Made by a program: the position numbers and the translations under genes
Origin: Thermodesulfobacteriota bacterium
GTDB lineage: Bacteria; Desulfobacterota; Binatia; Bin18
NCBI GenBank assembly: GCA_964291405.2
Contig: OZ219926.1
Coordinates: 448,001 to 512,000 of the forward strand
Direction of reading: 5' to 3'
DNA length: 64,000 nucleotides
Shown: positions 1-10,122 of the stretch, piece after piece
Position numbering within the stretch: position 1 is the first letter of the stretch
How the letters are laid out: every line of letters starts with the position of its first letter
Notes under the pieces: model-generated
Databases searched by the model: none
What the model was told of the DNA's origin: nothing
The model's input: only the letters and a program-made list of their open reading frames with translations

Positions 1-1043
1 AAGGCGACGCTACCACCGCCCGCTCCAAGGGTCTCGACCTGCAGCATGGGGATGCCGATCCGGTAGCGCAGAAAATCAACATCCTTGACGATATTCGTCT
101 TACCGTCCTTGCTCAGGCTGATGTCGAAGCTGGTGCCGCCCATATCCACCGTGATGATGTCACGCGGCCGGTCTCCAGTGTGCTCTTTACCTTCATGAAA
201 GAACAGGCCGGCATTCGGCCCCGCGGCCGGTCCGGAATTCAGGGCGTAGATGCCCTTGTCGGCCAGGAAGCGACCGGAGGTCAGACCACCGTTGCTCTGC
301 ATATAGCGCACCGGATTGGCGTAGCCCAGGTCGCGCAACAGGCCCTCCATACGCTCGACATATTGCTGGATGAGCGGACCGATATAGGCGTTCATCACGG
401 TCGTGCTGGTCCGGGTGTACTCACGGATCTGGGGCAGCAGATCGACCGATAGCGTGACGTAGGTCCCAGGCATTTCTGCCCGGACCAACTCGGCGATACG
501 CCGCTCGTGTTCGGGGTGCAGGAACGACCAGACCAGAGAGATGGCTACGGCCTCAACGCCCTCTTCCCGAAAGCGACGGATACCGCGCCGGACATCGGTT
601 TCGTTGAGCGGAACACGGGCCTCACCCGTACTCAGCACGCGCTCTTCGACCGGGAAACGCAACGCGCGCGGGACCAGCATGGTTGCTTGGGGAAAATCCG
701 CGTCATAGCGGTGCCCGTCTTCCTTGTGGCCGAGACGAATTTCGAGCGAGTCTTCATGGCCAGCGGTGCAGAACAGGCCGGTCTTGGCGCCCTTGTGTTC
801 GAGCAGGGCGTTGACTCCGACGGTCGTGCCGAGAATGACCAAGTCGCAGTCTTGCAGGAAGTCCGCCACACTACAGCCGAGGTCGGCTCCAATCCGCTCA
901 AGTCCTTCGCGCACGGCACTGGGCGGGTCGTGCGGGGTAGACGGCGTCTTATAGAGACGGATGCCTTCACCGGCCGAGGCCAGAATAAAGTCGGTAAACG
1001 TCCCGCCGGTATCGATGCCGAGACGGTAAGCATGCCGTGACAT
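1..1043 (-). CDS. Hydantoinase/oxoprolinase family subunit A (runs off the window start)
   Basis: Manual translation from ATG at 1043 gives MSRHAYRLGIDTGGTFTDFIL...KTPSTPHDPP, the GIDxGGTFTD hydantoinase A N-terminal motif. A later DMGGTSFDI motif lies near 120-150. Not in the ORF track because it has no stop in the window. Confidence 0.9.
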   Translation of the reverse strand, partial: MSRHAYRLGIDTGGTFTDFILASAGEGIRLYKTPSTPHDPPSAVREGLERIGADLGCSVADFLQDCDLVILGTTVGVNALLEHKGAKTGLFCTAGHEDSLEIRLGHKEDGHRYDADFPQATMLVPRALRFPVEERVLSTGEARVPLNETDVRRGIRRFREEGVEAVAISLVWSFLHPEHERRIAELVRAEMPGTYVTLSVDLLPQIREYTRTSTTVMNAYIGPLIQQYVERMEGLLRDLGYANPVRYMQSNGGLTSGRFLADKGIYALNSGPAAGPNAGLFFHEGKEHTGDRPRDIITVDMGGTSFDISLSKDGKTNIVKDVDFLRYRIGIPMLQVETLGAGGGSVA

Positions 1044-1045
1044 GG

Positions 1046-2799
1046 TTACTTTCCGGCCACGAGCTTCTCTTGGACGCTGACCACGTAAGGCCGGTACCCC
1101 TGCGTGTCGTCCTCGACTTGGACCCCGTACTCCTCCCAGGCGCCTGGACGGACACGAAGCCGTTGCGCACGTCTTCGAGTACCTTGTCACGGTCGCGTTC
1201 ACGCGGGTCGCCCACGCCGCCGCCACCGGGGTTCTGGTTGGCGAAGCGTTCGCCGGGCTCGATTTCGGCAATCCGGTTGGTCTTGATCTCCTCGACGCTG
1301 CCGTCTTTCTTGTAATACAGCGCCCGTCCCACCTTGGGCTCACACAGCTTCGAGGCCGCACCGAGCGCGCCCTGAGCCGGATAGCGCCGTCCTTCGCCGA
1401 ACATGACAACCGTCATGGGATCGCGGAGCGGTTCGACTTCCCAGTGTGTACCCGAACCGCCGCGCAGTTTCCCTGCTCCACCCGAGTCCGTCATCAAACC
1501 GTAACGGTGGATGATGATGGGATATTGATATTCAAGAATTTCAACATCGCCACTTGTCAGGGCACCAAAACAGCACTGCGGCCCCACTGCCGGCCAGCCG
1601 TCCGTCTTATGCGAGGCACCACCACCGCTGATGATGGTAGCCAGGATCATAGAAACGTACTCTTCACCCGAGCGGTAATCCTGCCCGGCAATGTTCAGGC
1701 CATTTGAATGTCCCCAGGAAGCCACCGCCTTTTCGGGCAGGGCCTGTTCGAGCGCCATACGCACGGCGTCCGTAATCGACTCTGACGGGGTGGTTGTGCA
1801 GTTCGCGTGCGGCGCCGGTTCTTTGGCGTTGGTGAGGGTGCCTTCCGGGCCAACATCAACCGTAATGGGCCGATACAGCCCCTCGTTATACGGCGGGGGC
1901 AGTTGGGCGAACATCATCACCCCGAGATACACCCCAGACAGCGAGTTGGCCGCATAGGAGTTGATGAAATACGGGATCTGGGGTGGGCTCGACAGCGAGA
2001 CTGCCATGGTGTCTCCGGCGATCTCGACGGTCGCGGCAATCTCGATATCGCCATAGCCGTGTCCGGCGTCTTCGAGAACGGATTTACCGTGGTAGGTCCC
2101 ATCGGGAATAGCGCTGATAAACGCCCGCATCTGGTGTTCGGCCAGATCGAGCAGTTCCGCCATACAGACCATGACCACATCTTTGCCGTATTTCTCAAGC
2201 AGGCCGATCAGGTTGCGCTCGCCAATCGTGACCGCGGCAAGCTGGGCGCGCATATCCCCGGCTTGAAGCCGGCGGGAGCGGACATTGGTCAGAATAAAAT
2301 TCACCACATCTCGCCGCTCTACCCCGCGGTCCCGTATTTTCAGCGGCGGGATGCGCAGACCCTCGGCATAAATCTCTTTGGCTTCGGGGTTATAGCCGGC
2401 GGGTACGGGGCCGCCGATGTCGGTGACGTGCCCCTTGCTGACCGTCCAGAACACGAGCTCGTTCTGGTAGAAGACCGGCTTATACATGCAGCAGTCAACA
2501 ATATGAGAGCCACTCCAGGCGGGATCGTTGTGATAGAACACATCTCCCGGATGAATATCGTCGCCGAAATAGTTGGCAACGGTCCGCAGGGCCGGCATCA
2601 GCGAGCCTAAGTGAATGGGAATGTCCTGGCCTTGCAGAATCATCTCACCGCTACCGAGAAACAGGGCATTGGAGTAATCGCGCGCAATATTGAACACGGA
2701 CGAGCGCGACGTTTTCTCGATGGTCAGCGTCATCTCACGCTGGGTTGATTCAAGCATGCCCTGGACAACCGCCAAGGTGATCGGATCGGTCTTTGCCAT
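1046..2799 (-). CDS. Hydantoinase B/oxoprolinase family protein, with an apparent 1-bp frameshift near its 3' end
   Basis: DPITLAVV, SRSSVF..ARDYS, HNDP..GSH, GHVTDIGG and PGGGGVGDP motifs. The track ORF ends at 967, but the family-like tail AWEEYGVQV...AGK* is in another frame and stops at 1046-1048, 2 nt before the subunit A ATG. Confidence 0.85.
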
Positions 2800-2950
2800 A
2801 CTATCCTCTCTTCGCTTTGTGACGAGCGAGATCAGCCCCCTTGCACATCGTGGGCAACATAGCCAGCCTCTTCCTCCTCAGCAAGCCGTATTTGGCACGC
2901 GAGGCGAGTTTCTGCTATCTCCTCGGAAGGAAAACAACAAGGAGGACGAC

Positions 2951-3712
2951 ATGGGCCGTTTAGATGGAAAAGTCGCGATCATTACCGGAGCCGCGCGCGG
3001 TCAAGGCGCGGTGGCCGCCCAGACCTTTGCGCAAGAAGGCGCGTCCCTGGTGATCAGCGATATCCTGTCAGAGATCGAACACACCGCCACTCATATTCCT
3101 TCAGCCGGAGCCCAGGTCGAATGGGTCCAGGCGGACACCGCGGACCCGGACGGGATCAAGGCGGTTGTCGAAAAGGCGATGGCAAGCTTTGGTCGCATCG
3201 ATGTTTTGTATAACAACGCCGGAGTTATTTTAGGCAAACCGTTTCAGGAGACCACCCTGGAAGAATGGGAACGGATTATTCGGATCGATCTGACCGGACC
3301 GTTCCTGATGAGCCAGGCAGTGGTCGCACATATGGAGAAACAACAGAGCGGCTCGATTATTAATATCTCGTCAGCCGGCGGCATTCTTGGCTATCCGCAG
3401 ATGTCGGCCTATGGGGCGGCCAAGGGCGGGCTGGTGAACCTGACCCGTTGTATGGCGGTGGACCTGGCTCCGTATAATATTCGGGTCAATGCCATCTGTC
3501 CGGGCGCAATTGATACTCCCATGCCGCGCGAATACATCAAGGACATGGACAACAAAGAGGCGGTGTGGCAACAAATTGCCGACACACATCTGCTCAAGCG
3601 CTTTGGGAACTCGCACGAAGTGGTCTCCCTGGCGCTTTATCTGGCCTCGGATGAGGCGAGCTTTATGACGGGGGCAGTCATTCCGGTTGATGGCGGCCAT
3701 AGTGCGCATTAA
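2951..3712 (+). CDS. SDR family NAD(P)-dependent oxidoreductase
   Basis: AGGAGG RBS before ATG 2951; TGAARGQG, NNAG and YGAAK motifs. Confidence 0.93.
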   Translation: MGRLDGKVAIITGAARGQGAVAAQTFAQEGASLVISDILSEIEHTATHIPSAGAQVEWVQADTADPDGIKAVVEKAMASFGRIDVLYNNAGVILGKPFQETTLEEWERIIRIDLTGPFLMSQAVVAHMEKQQSGSIINISSAGGILGYPQMSAYGAAKGGLVNLTRCMAVDLAPYNIRVNAICPGAIDTPMPREYIKDMDNKEAVWQQIADTHLLKRFGNSHEVVSLALYLASDEASFMTGAVIPVDGGHSAH

Positions 3713-3825
3713 GTTCGCTCTGCGCCCTCGCTTCCCGCTGGGTGACGCAAAGGCGGGCCGAGGGAGTTGATTCTGTCGCATCGGGCACGATACTGTCTGC
3801 GTCTACTGGAAATGAGCGCACTATC

Positions 3826-4767
3826 ATGATCGAAGCCTCAGGTCTGACGAAACTCTACGGACCGTTTCGCGCCATCTCGGATGTGAGTTTTTCTGTTGAC
3901 CACGGAGAGATCGTGGGACTCCTCGGTCCGAACGGAGCGGGCAAGTCTACGACCATCCGCATTCTCGCCTGTATTCTGTCTCCGACCACGGGCACTGCCA
4001 GCGTTGCCGGCCATAACGTGCTGAGCGAATCTTTGGCCGTCAGACGTCAACTCGGCTATATGCCGGAGCACATCTCACTCTACCCGGAGATGGAGGTGGC
4101 CACCTATCTCGATTTTGTGGGCAAGCTCAAAGGGCTAGGCGGCACGGCACGGCGGGTCCGTGTGTCACAGGTCATTGAAGAACTGGACCTCGGCTCTGTT
4201 ACCCGCGTCTACATCGGGACGCTTTCAAAAGGCTACCGCCAACGTGTCGGTCTGGCCCAGGCCATGCTGCACGATCCCAGTGTGCTCATTCTTGACGAGC
4301 CGACCATTGGCCTTGACCCTGAGCAGGCAGCCGAGTTTCGACAGCTCATCCGCGGCATGCGCGGGAATCGGACCGTCTTGTTGTCCACCCATATTTTGCC
4401 CGAAGTGCGTATGACGTGCGACCGAGTGATGATCCTCGCCAGGGGCCAGTTGCTGGCCCTGGATACCCCAGACAATCTGACCCACCGGCTGCGCGATGCA
4501 AGTGAGATTGTAGCCCATATTGAGGGCCCGCAAGCCGAAGTGGAAACCCTCCTGCACGGCCTGCCCGGTGTCTACGAGGTCCAGGTGACCTCCCAGGAGA
4601 ATGGCGGTGCGACCTCCTATACGGTCCGTGCCGCTCAGCACGAGGATGTCCGGCCCAGCATCGTGGAAGCCGTGTCCGGACGTGGTTGGCGTTTATTTGA
4701 ACTCCGCTCCCGGGAAATGGACCTCGAGGAAATCTTCCACCGGGTGGTTGATCAGCCGCAGCCATAA
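3826..4767 (+). CDS. ABC-2 transporter ATP-binding protein (GldA-like)
   Basis: Walker A GPNGAGKST, LSKGYRQR signature, ILDEPTIGLDP, STHILPEV. Confidence 0.92.
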   Translation: MIEASGLTKLYGPFRAISDVSFSVDHGEIVGLLGPNGAGKSTTIRILACILSPTTGTASVAGHNVLSESLAVRRQLGYMPEHISLYPEMEVATYLDFVGKLKGLGGTARRVRVSQVIEELDLGSVTRVYIGTLSKGYRQRVGLAQAMLHDPSVLILDEPTIGLDPEQAAEFRQLIRGMRGNRTVLLSTHILPEVRMTCDRVMILARGQLLALDTPDNLTHRLRDASEIVAHIEGPQAEVETLLHGLPGVYEVQVTSQENGGATSYTVRAAQHEDVRPSIVEAVSGRGWRLFELRSREMDLEEIFHRVVDQPQP

Positions 4768-4792
4768 ACAACGGCATCGATGGGACCGGCAT

Positions 4793-7003
4793 ATGGTTCT
4801 CCGCGCAATTTTCGTTAAAGAACTCCGCTCTTACTTTGGCCTGTTTCTGGCGTACGCCATTGTGGCGGTTGCCCTGGCCTTGTGCGGTTTCTTCTTTTAC
4901 ACCGACATTAGCTTCTTTATGATGTGGGGCGGCCAGAACCTCGCACGTGGCTTGTGGGAGTTCTTTTTCCACGACCTTCGCTATGTCCTCCTGTTGCTCG
5001 TCCCGGCCATCACCGCGCGCTCGTTTGCGGAAGAAAAAAAACTCGGTACCCTCGACCTGTTATGGACCTACCCGATACCGGAGAGCAGCGTCTTACTGGG
5101 CAAATTCCTGGCGGCCGCCACCCTGCTGTTGGTCGTTCTGGGATTAACCCTGGTGTATCCCCTCGTCCTCTCGCATTGGCATCCCGAGGTATATTGGCCG
5201 GCGTTAATACCCGGCTATGTCGGTCTGCTGCTCATTGGCCTGGTGTTTATCAGCGTGGGTCTGCTCTTATCAGCGCTCACCGACAGCCAAGCGATTGCGG
5301 CCATGGCGACCCTCGGCGTACTCGTCCTGTTCTGGTCACTGACGTGGAACGAGCAGGCCATGAGTGAAGCCTGGCTCCACGTCCTGCTGCAAATTTCGCT
5401 CTTCGATCGCTTTTACAATTTCGCCCGCGGTGCGATTGACAGCCAGGAAATCACCTTTTTTCTCTTCTTTTTCTCATTCTTTTTGTTACTGACCTGGCAA
5501 GCGCTCCGCGCGCGGCGGTGGCGTGGCAAGGGGGAGTTCTCCTCGTTCAGGACGTTTCTCGCCACACCAAGCCGAAAGCAGTGGGTCACGGTGGCGGTTC
5601 TTGACCTGCTTATTTTGACCGGTCTGGTCGGTCTCCAAACGCTCTCCATTCGCAATAATCTGCGCTGGGACTTCACCCCCACGCAGACCTTATCCGTGTC
5701 AAAGCAGACAAAAAGCCTGCTGGCTGACCTGGACAAAGACGCGCGGCTCACTTTGTTTTTTGGCGGCTCTCCGGATGCGTATCAACGCTATGAGGATGTG
5801 CTCAAGCGCTTTCGCGCGGAAAACGCCTACTTCCAGTATCGGATTCTGCACCGGGACCGGAACATCGGGCTGGCCCGGCAGTACGGGGCGACCCATTACG
5901 GCACCGCGGTCCTCGAGTACGACGGGCAGCACAAACTCCTGCCAGGTGCAGGCGAGAAGACCATCACCGAGGCCCTGTTTCAGTTTCTCCGCCAGGAGCA
6001 AAAAACCATCTATTTCGTTGGTGGCCACGGCGAAAAAGACCCACGGAGCGGTCAGCCGCAGTTGGGCTATAGCCAAGCCGCTTCAGCCCTACGCAACGAG
6101 AATTTTATTGTCCGCCCCGTCTTTCTGGCTCGGGCCGAACGCATCCCCGAAGACGCGGCTCTCGTCGTGGTCAGCGGCCCGCAGACCGACCTCTTACCGG
6201 ACGAGCTTGAGCGTCTTGCCCACTATCTCTCGGCAGGCGGGAGCCTCCTCTTCATGCTCGATCCCATGCCGGCACCCAACCTGACCGCCTTCCTTGCCCA
6301 GTACGGTGTCGAGCTTGACCAGGATGTTGTCTACGATCCACAGAACAGACTCTTTGGAGGCGACGCGCTGAGCCCGCTGGTGTCGCTGTATAATACCGGA
6401 GTCGAGATCGTAAAAGACTTCCAGGTCGGCACCATTTTTCCGCTCTCCCGTTCGGTTGAGCCGGCCGATTCATTGCCGAGCAGCGTGCTCTCAGCCGAAC
6501 CGTTCTGCCGCACTGGCCCGGGTGCCTGGGCCCGCTTTCGGGCCGGAGCCGATTCCCCTGAAGGCGCAGTAGATTTTGAGGGCACGAAAGCCCGACCCGG
6601 CCCGATTTCCCTGGCAGTGGCGGCAACGCTTCGCCGCGCTCAAGCGGTCAGCCCGAATCCGGCGGACCAGCCGACCAACGGCGCTGCGCCGCCCGCCGAT
6701 GCCGACGCGGAAGCGGGTGGCCGCCTGGTTGTGTATGGGGACAGCGATTTTGCCAGCAATGCCCGGCTGTCCCTGCTGGGCAATAGAGACCTCTTTCTCA
6801 ACACGGTGCAGTGGCTGGTGCAGGACGAGAAGTTTATTACCGAACGCCCCAGGGATGCGACAATTCAGCAGAAAATTTCCACCTTGGTGCTTACCACGGA
6901 GCAGACGCGGCAGTTATTCCTCATCACCATTGTTGCTGAGCCTGGCGCGATTCTTCTGCTTGGCATGCTGGTTGCCATCTATCGACGCAGACACCGGCGC
7001 TAG
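4793..7003 (+). CDS. Fused ABC-2 permease (GldF-like) and GldG/ABC_transp_aux domain protein
   Basis: N-terminal KELRSYF...FAEEKKLGTLDLL multi-TM permease, then RWDFT..LSVS, IYFVGGHGEK, GRLVVYGDSDF..N and NRDLFLN GldG-type motifs and a C-terminal TM helix. Confidence 0.85.
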   Translation: MVLRAIFVKELRSYFGLFLAYAIVAVALALCGFFFYTDISFFMMWGGQNLARGLWEFFFHDLRYVLLLLVPAITARSFAEEKKLGTLDLLWTYPIPESSVLLGKFLAAATLLLVVLGLTLVYPLVLSHWHPEVYWPALIPGYVGLLLIGLVFISVGLLLSALTDSQAIAAMATLGVLVLFWSLTWNEQAMSEAWLHVLLQISLFDRFYNFARGAIDSQEITFFLFFFSFFLLLTWQALRARRWRGKGEFSSFRTFLATPSRKQWVTVAVLDLLILTGLVGLQTLSIRNNLRWDFTPTQTLSVSKQTKSLLADLDKDARLTLFFGGSPDAYQRYEDVLKRFRAENAYFQYRILHRDRNIGLARQYGATHYGTAVLEYDGQHKLLPGAGEKTITEALFQFLRQEQKTIYFVGGHGEKDPRSGQPQLGYSQAASALRNENFIVRPVFLARAERIPEDAALVVVSGPQTDLLPDELERLAHYLSAGGSLLFMLDPMPAPNLTAFLAQYGVELDQDVVYDPQNRLFGGDALSPLVSLYNTGVEIVKDFQVGTIFPLSRSVEPADSLPSSVLSAEPFCRTGPGAWARFRAGADSPEGAVDFEGTKARPGPISLAVAATLRRAQAVSPNPADQPTNGAAPPADADAEAGGRLVVYGDSDFASNARLSLLGNRDLFLNTVQWLVQDEKFITERPRDATIQQKISTLVLTTEQTRQLFLITIVAEPGAILLLGMLVAIYRRRHRR

Positions 7004-7051
7004 ACAGCCAAGGCTCAATCCTACGAGCCTCACGTATCCGCTCTCCAGGGA

Positions 7052-7682
7052 CTATTCGTCCGCTGTGGCTGGCTTCACGTGCCATTCGGTTAGCCACAGG
7101 CTGACCTTGCCTTGCCGCGGCCCAGCCTCATCACTCAAGCCACCCAGAAGGGTAAAGGATTCATCCCGCTGGACCATGCCAACACCAGGGGCGTACAGCG
7201 TCACTGCCTTGGCCTGGCCATTGCGGCTCCAAAAGGTGACTTCGATGCAATCTTCAAATACGCCCGCCGGTACTGCGGCCAACGTATCCAGCCCGGTGAT
7301 TTCGTAGCGTCCGGCAGACGTTTTCCAGGTCGCCCCTAGTGTAAGTGGCGTTTTGAGGATGAACTGAGGCTGCCCGTCTTCGGATGCGGCGTTGCTCGGC
7401 TGCATAACGACCCCAGTGGACGATGCGGAGACAAACTCCGCAGGAGCGTCCTTGGCCAGGAGACTCTGCTGAATGCGCAGCACATAGCCCGCCCCCTTTC
7501 GGCTGACCACCTCCCAGGTCTCGGTTACGGGGTTCGTTGGGGTGCCTTCACTCGACTCGTACAGCCAGCGATTGGCGATCGACAGGGGGAAATAGTCGCC
7601 GGGCAGTTTGGTTACCTGGCCGGTCGCCGGGCTTGCCCCCACGGTCAGCAGCAGGGTCCCTAAAGTAGAATAGACGCACCAT
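7052..7682 (-). CDS. Putative exported beta-rich hypothetical protein, probable frameshift in the signal-peptide region
   Basis: YFPL..GNRW-like start and VPAGVFEDCIEV...YAPGVGMV C-terminal motif. GGAGG RBS precedes ATG 7682 (MVRLFY...), which is out of frame with the rest at a short T run (7662-7664). Confidence 0.6.
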
Positions 7683-7767
7683 CGAATTACCCTCCCCCTA
7701 GCCCTCGCCCAGGGAAAGAGGGCTATACCCAGGTCTGGCAGGAGTCGGACATTGCCAATACTCGGCC

Positions 7768-7797
7768 TTGTGTCAGTTTTCTTTGTGCCCCTATAAT
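7768..7797 (+). promoter_or_regulatory. Putative sigma70 promoter for the enolase-superfamily gene
   Basis: TTGTGT (7768-7773), 18 nt spacer, perfect TATAAT (7792-7797), about 40 nt before the start codon. Confidence 0.45.
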
Positions 7798-7836
7798 CAC
7801 CCATCTTTTCGTAACAAGGGCCCTATGGAGCGCAGC

Positions 7837-8979
7837 ATGGAACGCATTGTAGACATCGTAGCCTACCCGACCTCTTTTCCTCTACCCCAGAATGCGACCG
7901 TTCAGCTTGGTATTGGTCGCGCTGTCAAACGCGACGCTGTTGTGGTTAAGGTCCACACCGAAAATGGACTGATTGGCTATGGTGAGTCTCACCACGCGCG
8001 GGCCCCCGGCACGGTCGCGCATGTCGTGAATACGACCTTACGCCAACTCGTGCTAGGCATGGATGCATTCGACACCACAGGAGTGTGGGAACGTGTCTAT
8101 ACCATGCAACTCCAGAGTCACGGCTTGGGCGCTGGGGCTGCCATAGCCCTGAGCGGCATTGATATGGCGTTGTGGGACATTCGCGGGAAGGCCTCAGGTT
8201 GGCCCTTGTACAAACTCCTCGGCGGCTCGGCCCAGCCAATTCCTGCGTATGCAGGGGGTGTTTCCTTGGGCTATCAAGCGCCGGAACATCTGGTGGAAGA
8301 AGTGCGTGCCCTGACGGAGCTGGGCTATAGCGCCGTGAAACTCCGCGTTGGAGATACTCCACAGCGTGACCTCGAACGGGTCCAAGCTGTCCGTGCCGCG
8401 TTTGGTCCTGACCTCACCTTATTGGTTGATGCAAATACCGGCTATTGCCTTGAAGATGTCCGTCAGGTCATGTCGCGATTCGACGAACTCGCGGTCGGGT
8501 GGTTGGAAGAACCCTTTGCGGCCCACGACTACCGGAGCTATGCCACTGCGGCGACTTTTGGCCATATACCGCTTGCCGCGGGAGAGAATCATTACACTCG
8601 GTTTGAGTTTGTGCGGCTTATCGAGGATGGCGCTATTCGTATTCTACAGCCGGACTTGTCAAAGACAGGTGGTGTGACTGAGGCTATGCGCATCGCTGCG
8701 TTAGCTTCAGCATGGAAGCTTCCGATCCACCCACATACATCGATGACTGGGATTAACATGGCTGCCACCATCCATTTTCTCGCCGCTATTAACAACGCCG
8801 GATATTTCGAAGCGGATGTTTCTCAGAACAATTTATTTCGTGACGAACTCGTCTCTACACCGTATAGGCTTGATGCCAAGGGCAGTGTTCTCCCCCTTGA
8901 AAAGCCGGGAATAGGGGTAGAAGTGGACGAAGATTTCCTGAGTGTACACCCCGTGATTGAAGGGCCTGGCTACGTCTAA
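7837..8979 (+). CDS. Mandelate racemase/muconate lactonizing enzyme family protein
   Basis: SGIDMALWDIRGK, KLRVG, VDAN, WLEEP, AAGEN and QPDLSKTGG enolase-superfamily motifs; GGAG RBS before ATG 7837. Confidence 0.92.
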   Translation: MERIVDIVAYPTSFPLPQNATVQLGIGRAVKRDAVVVKVHTENGLIGYGESHHARAPGTVAHVVNTTLRQLVLGMDAFDTTGVWERVYTMQLQSHGLGAGAAIALSGIDMALWDIRGKASGWPLYKLLGGSAQPIPAYAGGVSLGYQAPEHLVEEVRALTELGYSAVKLRVGDTPQRDLERVQAVRAAFGPDLTLLVDANTGYCLEDVRQVMSRFDELAVGWLEEPFAAHDYRSYATAATFGHIPLAAGENHYTRFEFVRLIEDGAIRILQPDLSKTGGVTEAMRIAALASAWKLPIHPHTSMTGINMAATIHFLAAINNAGYFEADVSQNNLFRDELVSTPYRLDAKGSVLPLEKPGIGVEVDEDFLSVHPVIEGPGYV

Positions 8980-9132
8980 TCTTCCAAGTTACAGGCCGGA
9001 AAATGGATGACCAGGATGAGATTCTTGCCGTTACGCGCGAGCGTTCATTGTATCAGGACGAAGCGGTTTTGGAGACGTGCGTATATGAATCGCTTGCAGG
9101 AAGCCGAATTGAATGAGAGACAGAGTGATCCT

Positions 9133-10005
9133 TTAATCCATCATTTTTTCTGCAAACTCTTCAATAACCGCAAGAGTCTTTTGCGTATCAGCCGTCGTCA
9201 GAAATAAGATCAGCTCTTGTACGCCAAGTTCGCTCAACCGCGGTAGGGCTTCTGGCTTGCGGAGTAAGGGTCCAGCGGCGCTCAGGGCGGAGATGTATAA
9301 ATCGGAATAATCTCGGCCGCGTTCAGCCATAAGGGCTTGTAATTGTGGGACGCTTTTTGACAGCACTTTGAGGGAGGCCGTGCCCGGCTGCCACCCGTCT
9401 CCCAAGTCGGCCACCCGCTTGAGGGCCGGCAGACTCTCCCCACCGAAAATAATGGGTGGATGCGGCTTTTGGACCGGCAGGGGAACATTGTGAATGTCTG
9501 AAAATGTGAGGAACTCGCCGGAGAAACTCGCGGGCTCGGCCTGCCAGACCGCTTTCATGATGTGCAGATATTCTCGGGTTTGTCGTGCCCGCCGGGCGAA
9601 GTCTTCCCCTAAAGCATCGAACTCTTCCTTAAGCCAGCCGACCCCAACCCCAAATTGGAACCGTCCGTGTGATAGCAGATCGACGGTGGCGACCGCCTTG
9701 GCAACCGCCAGCGGATTTCGATAGGGGATGACGATGACGCTCGTGCCCAACAGAATCTGCGAGGTTGCCAGGGCCAGACCTCCAAGCAGGACAAAGGGGT
9801 CTGGGAACGGAGCCCGGCGTGGAAAGCCGGCGGCTCCGTCCGCCGAATATGGATAGGCCGCCTCAATTTTTTCCGGAATCACAACATGGTCTCCCAGCCA
9901 GAGCGAGTGATAGCCAAGCTCCTCCGCCTTTTGGGCAACCTGTATATAATCGTCCGCCTGGGGATCGGCGTTGACGCCAATGGAATAGTGAATGCCGAAT
10001 TTCAT
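9133..10005 (-). CDS. LLM class (probably F420-dependent) oxidoreductase
   Basis: AEELGYHSLWLGDHVVIP, DPFV.L..LA..T, GVGVGWLKEEF, PVQKPHPPI. Confidence 0.9.
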   Translation of the reverse strand: MKFGIHYSIGVNADPQADDYIQVAQKAEELGYHSLWLGDHVVIPEKIEAAYPYSADGAAGFPRRAPFPDPFVLLGGLALATSQILLGTSVIVIPYRNPLAVAKAVATVDLLSHGRFQFGVGVGWLKEEFDALGEDFARRARQTREYLHIMKAVWQAEPASFSGEFLTFSDIHNVPLPVQKPHPPIIFGGESLPALKRVADLGDGWQPGTASLKVLSKSVPQLQALMAERGRDYSDLYISALSAAGPLLRKPEALPRLSELGVQELILFLTTADTQKTLAVIEEFAEKMMD

Positions 10006-10122
10006 ACTGGTTCTCCTCGTGCTGCGCGGTCTGGGTCACACACATCATATCCCTACCATTGACGCAAAGGACACGGCACGTCATCGTGGAGGCAGAGACA
10101 CCCGCCACAGAAAGGCAAGCGC

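Noticed and set aside
8980-9132. 150-nt gap with a small ORF (9007-9207) or possible sRNA
   Set aside because: No RBS, motif or stable structure recognised, and the ORF overlaps the convergent gene.
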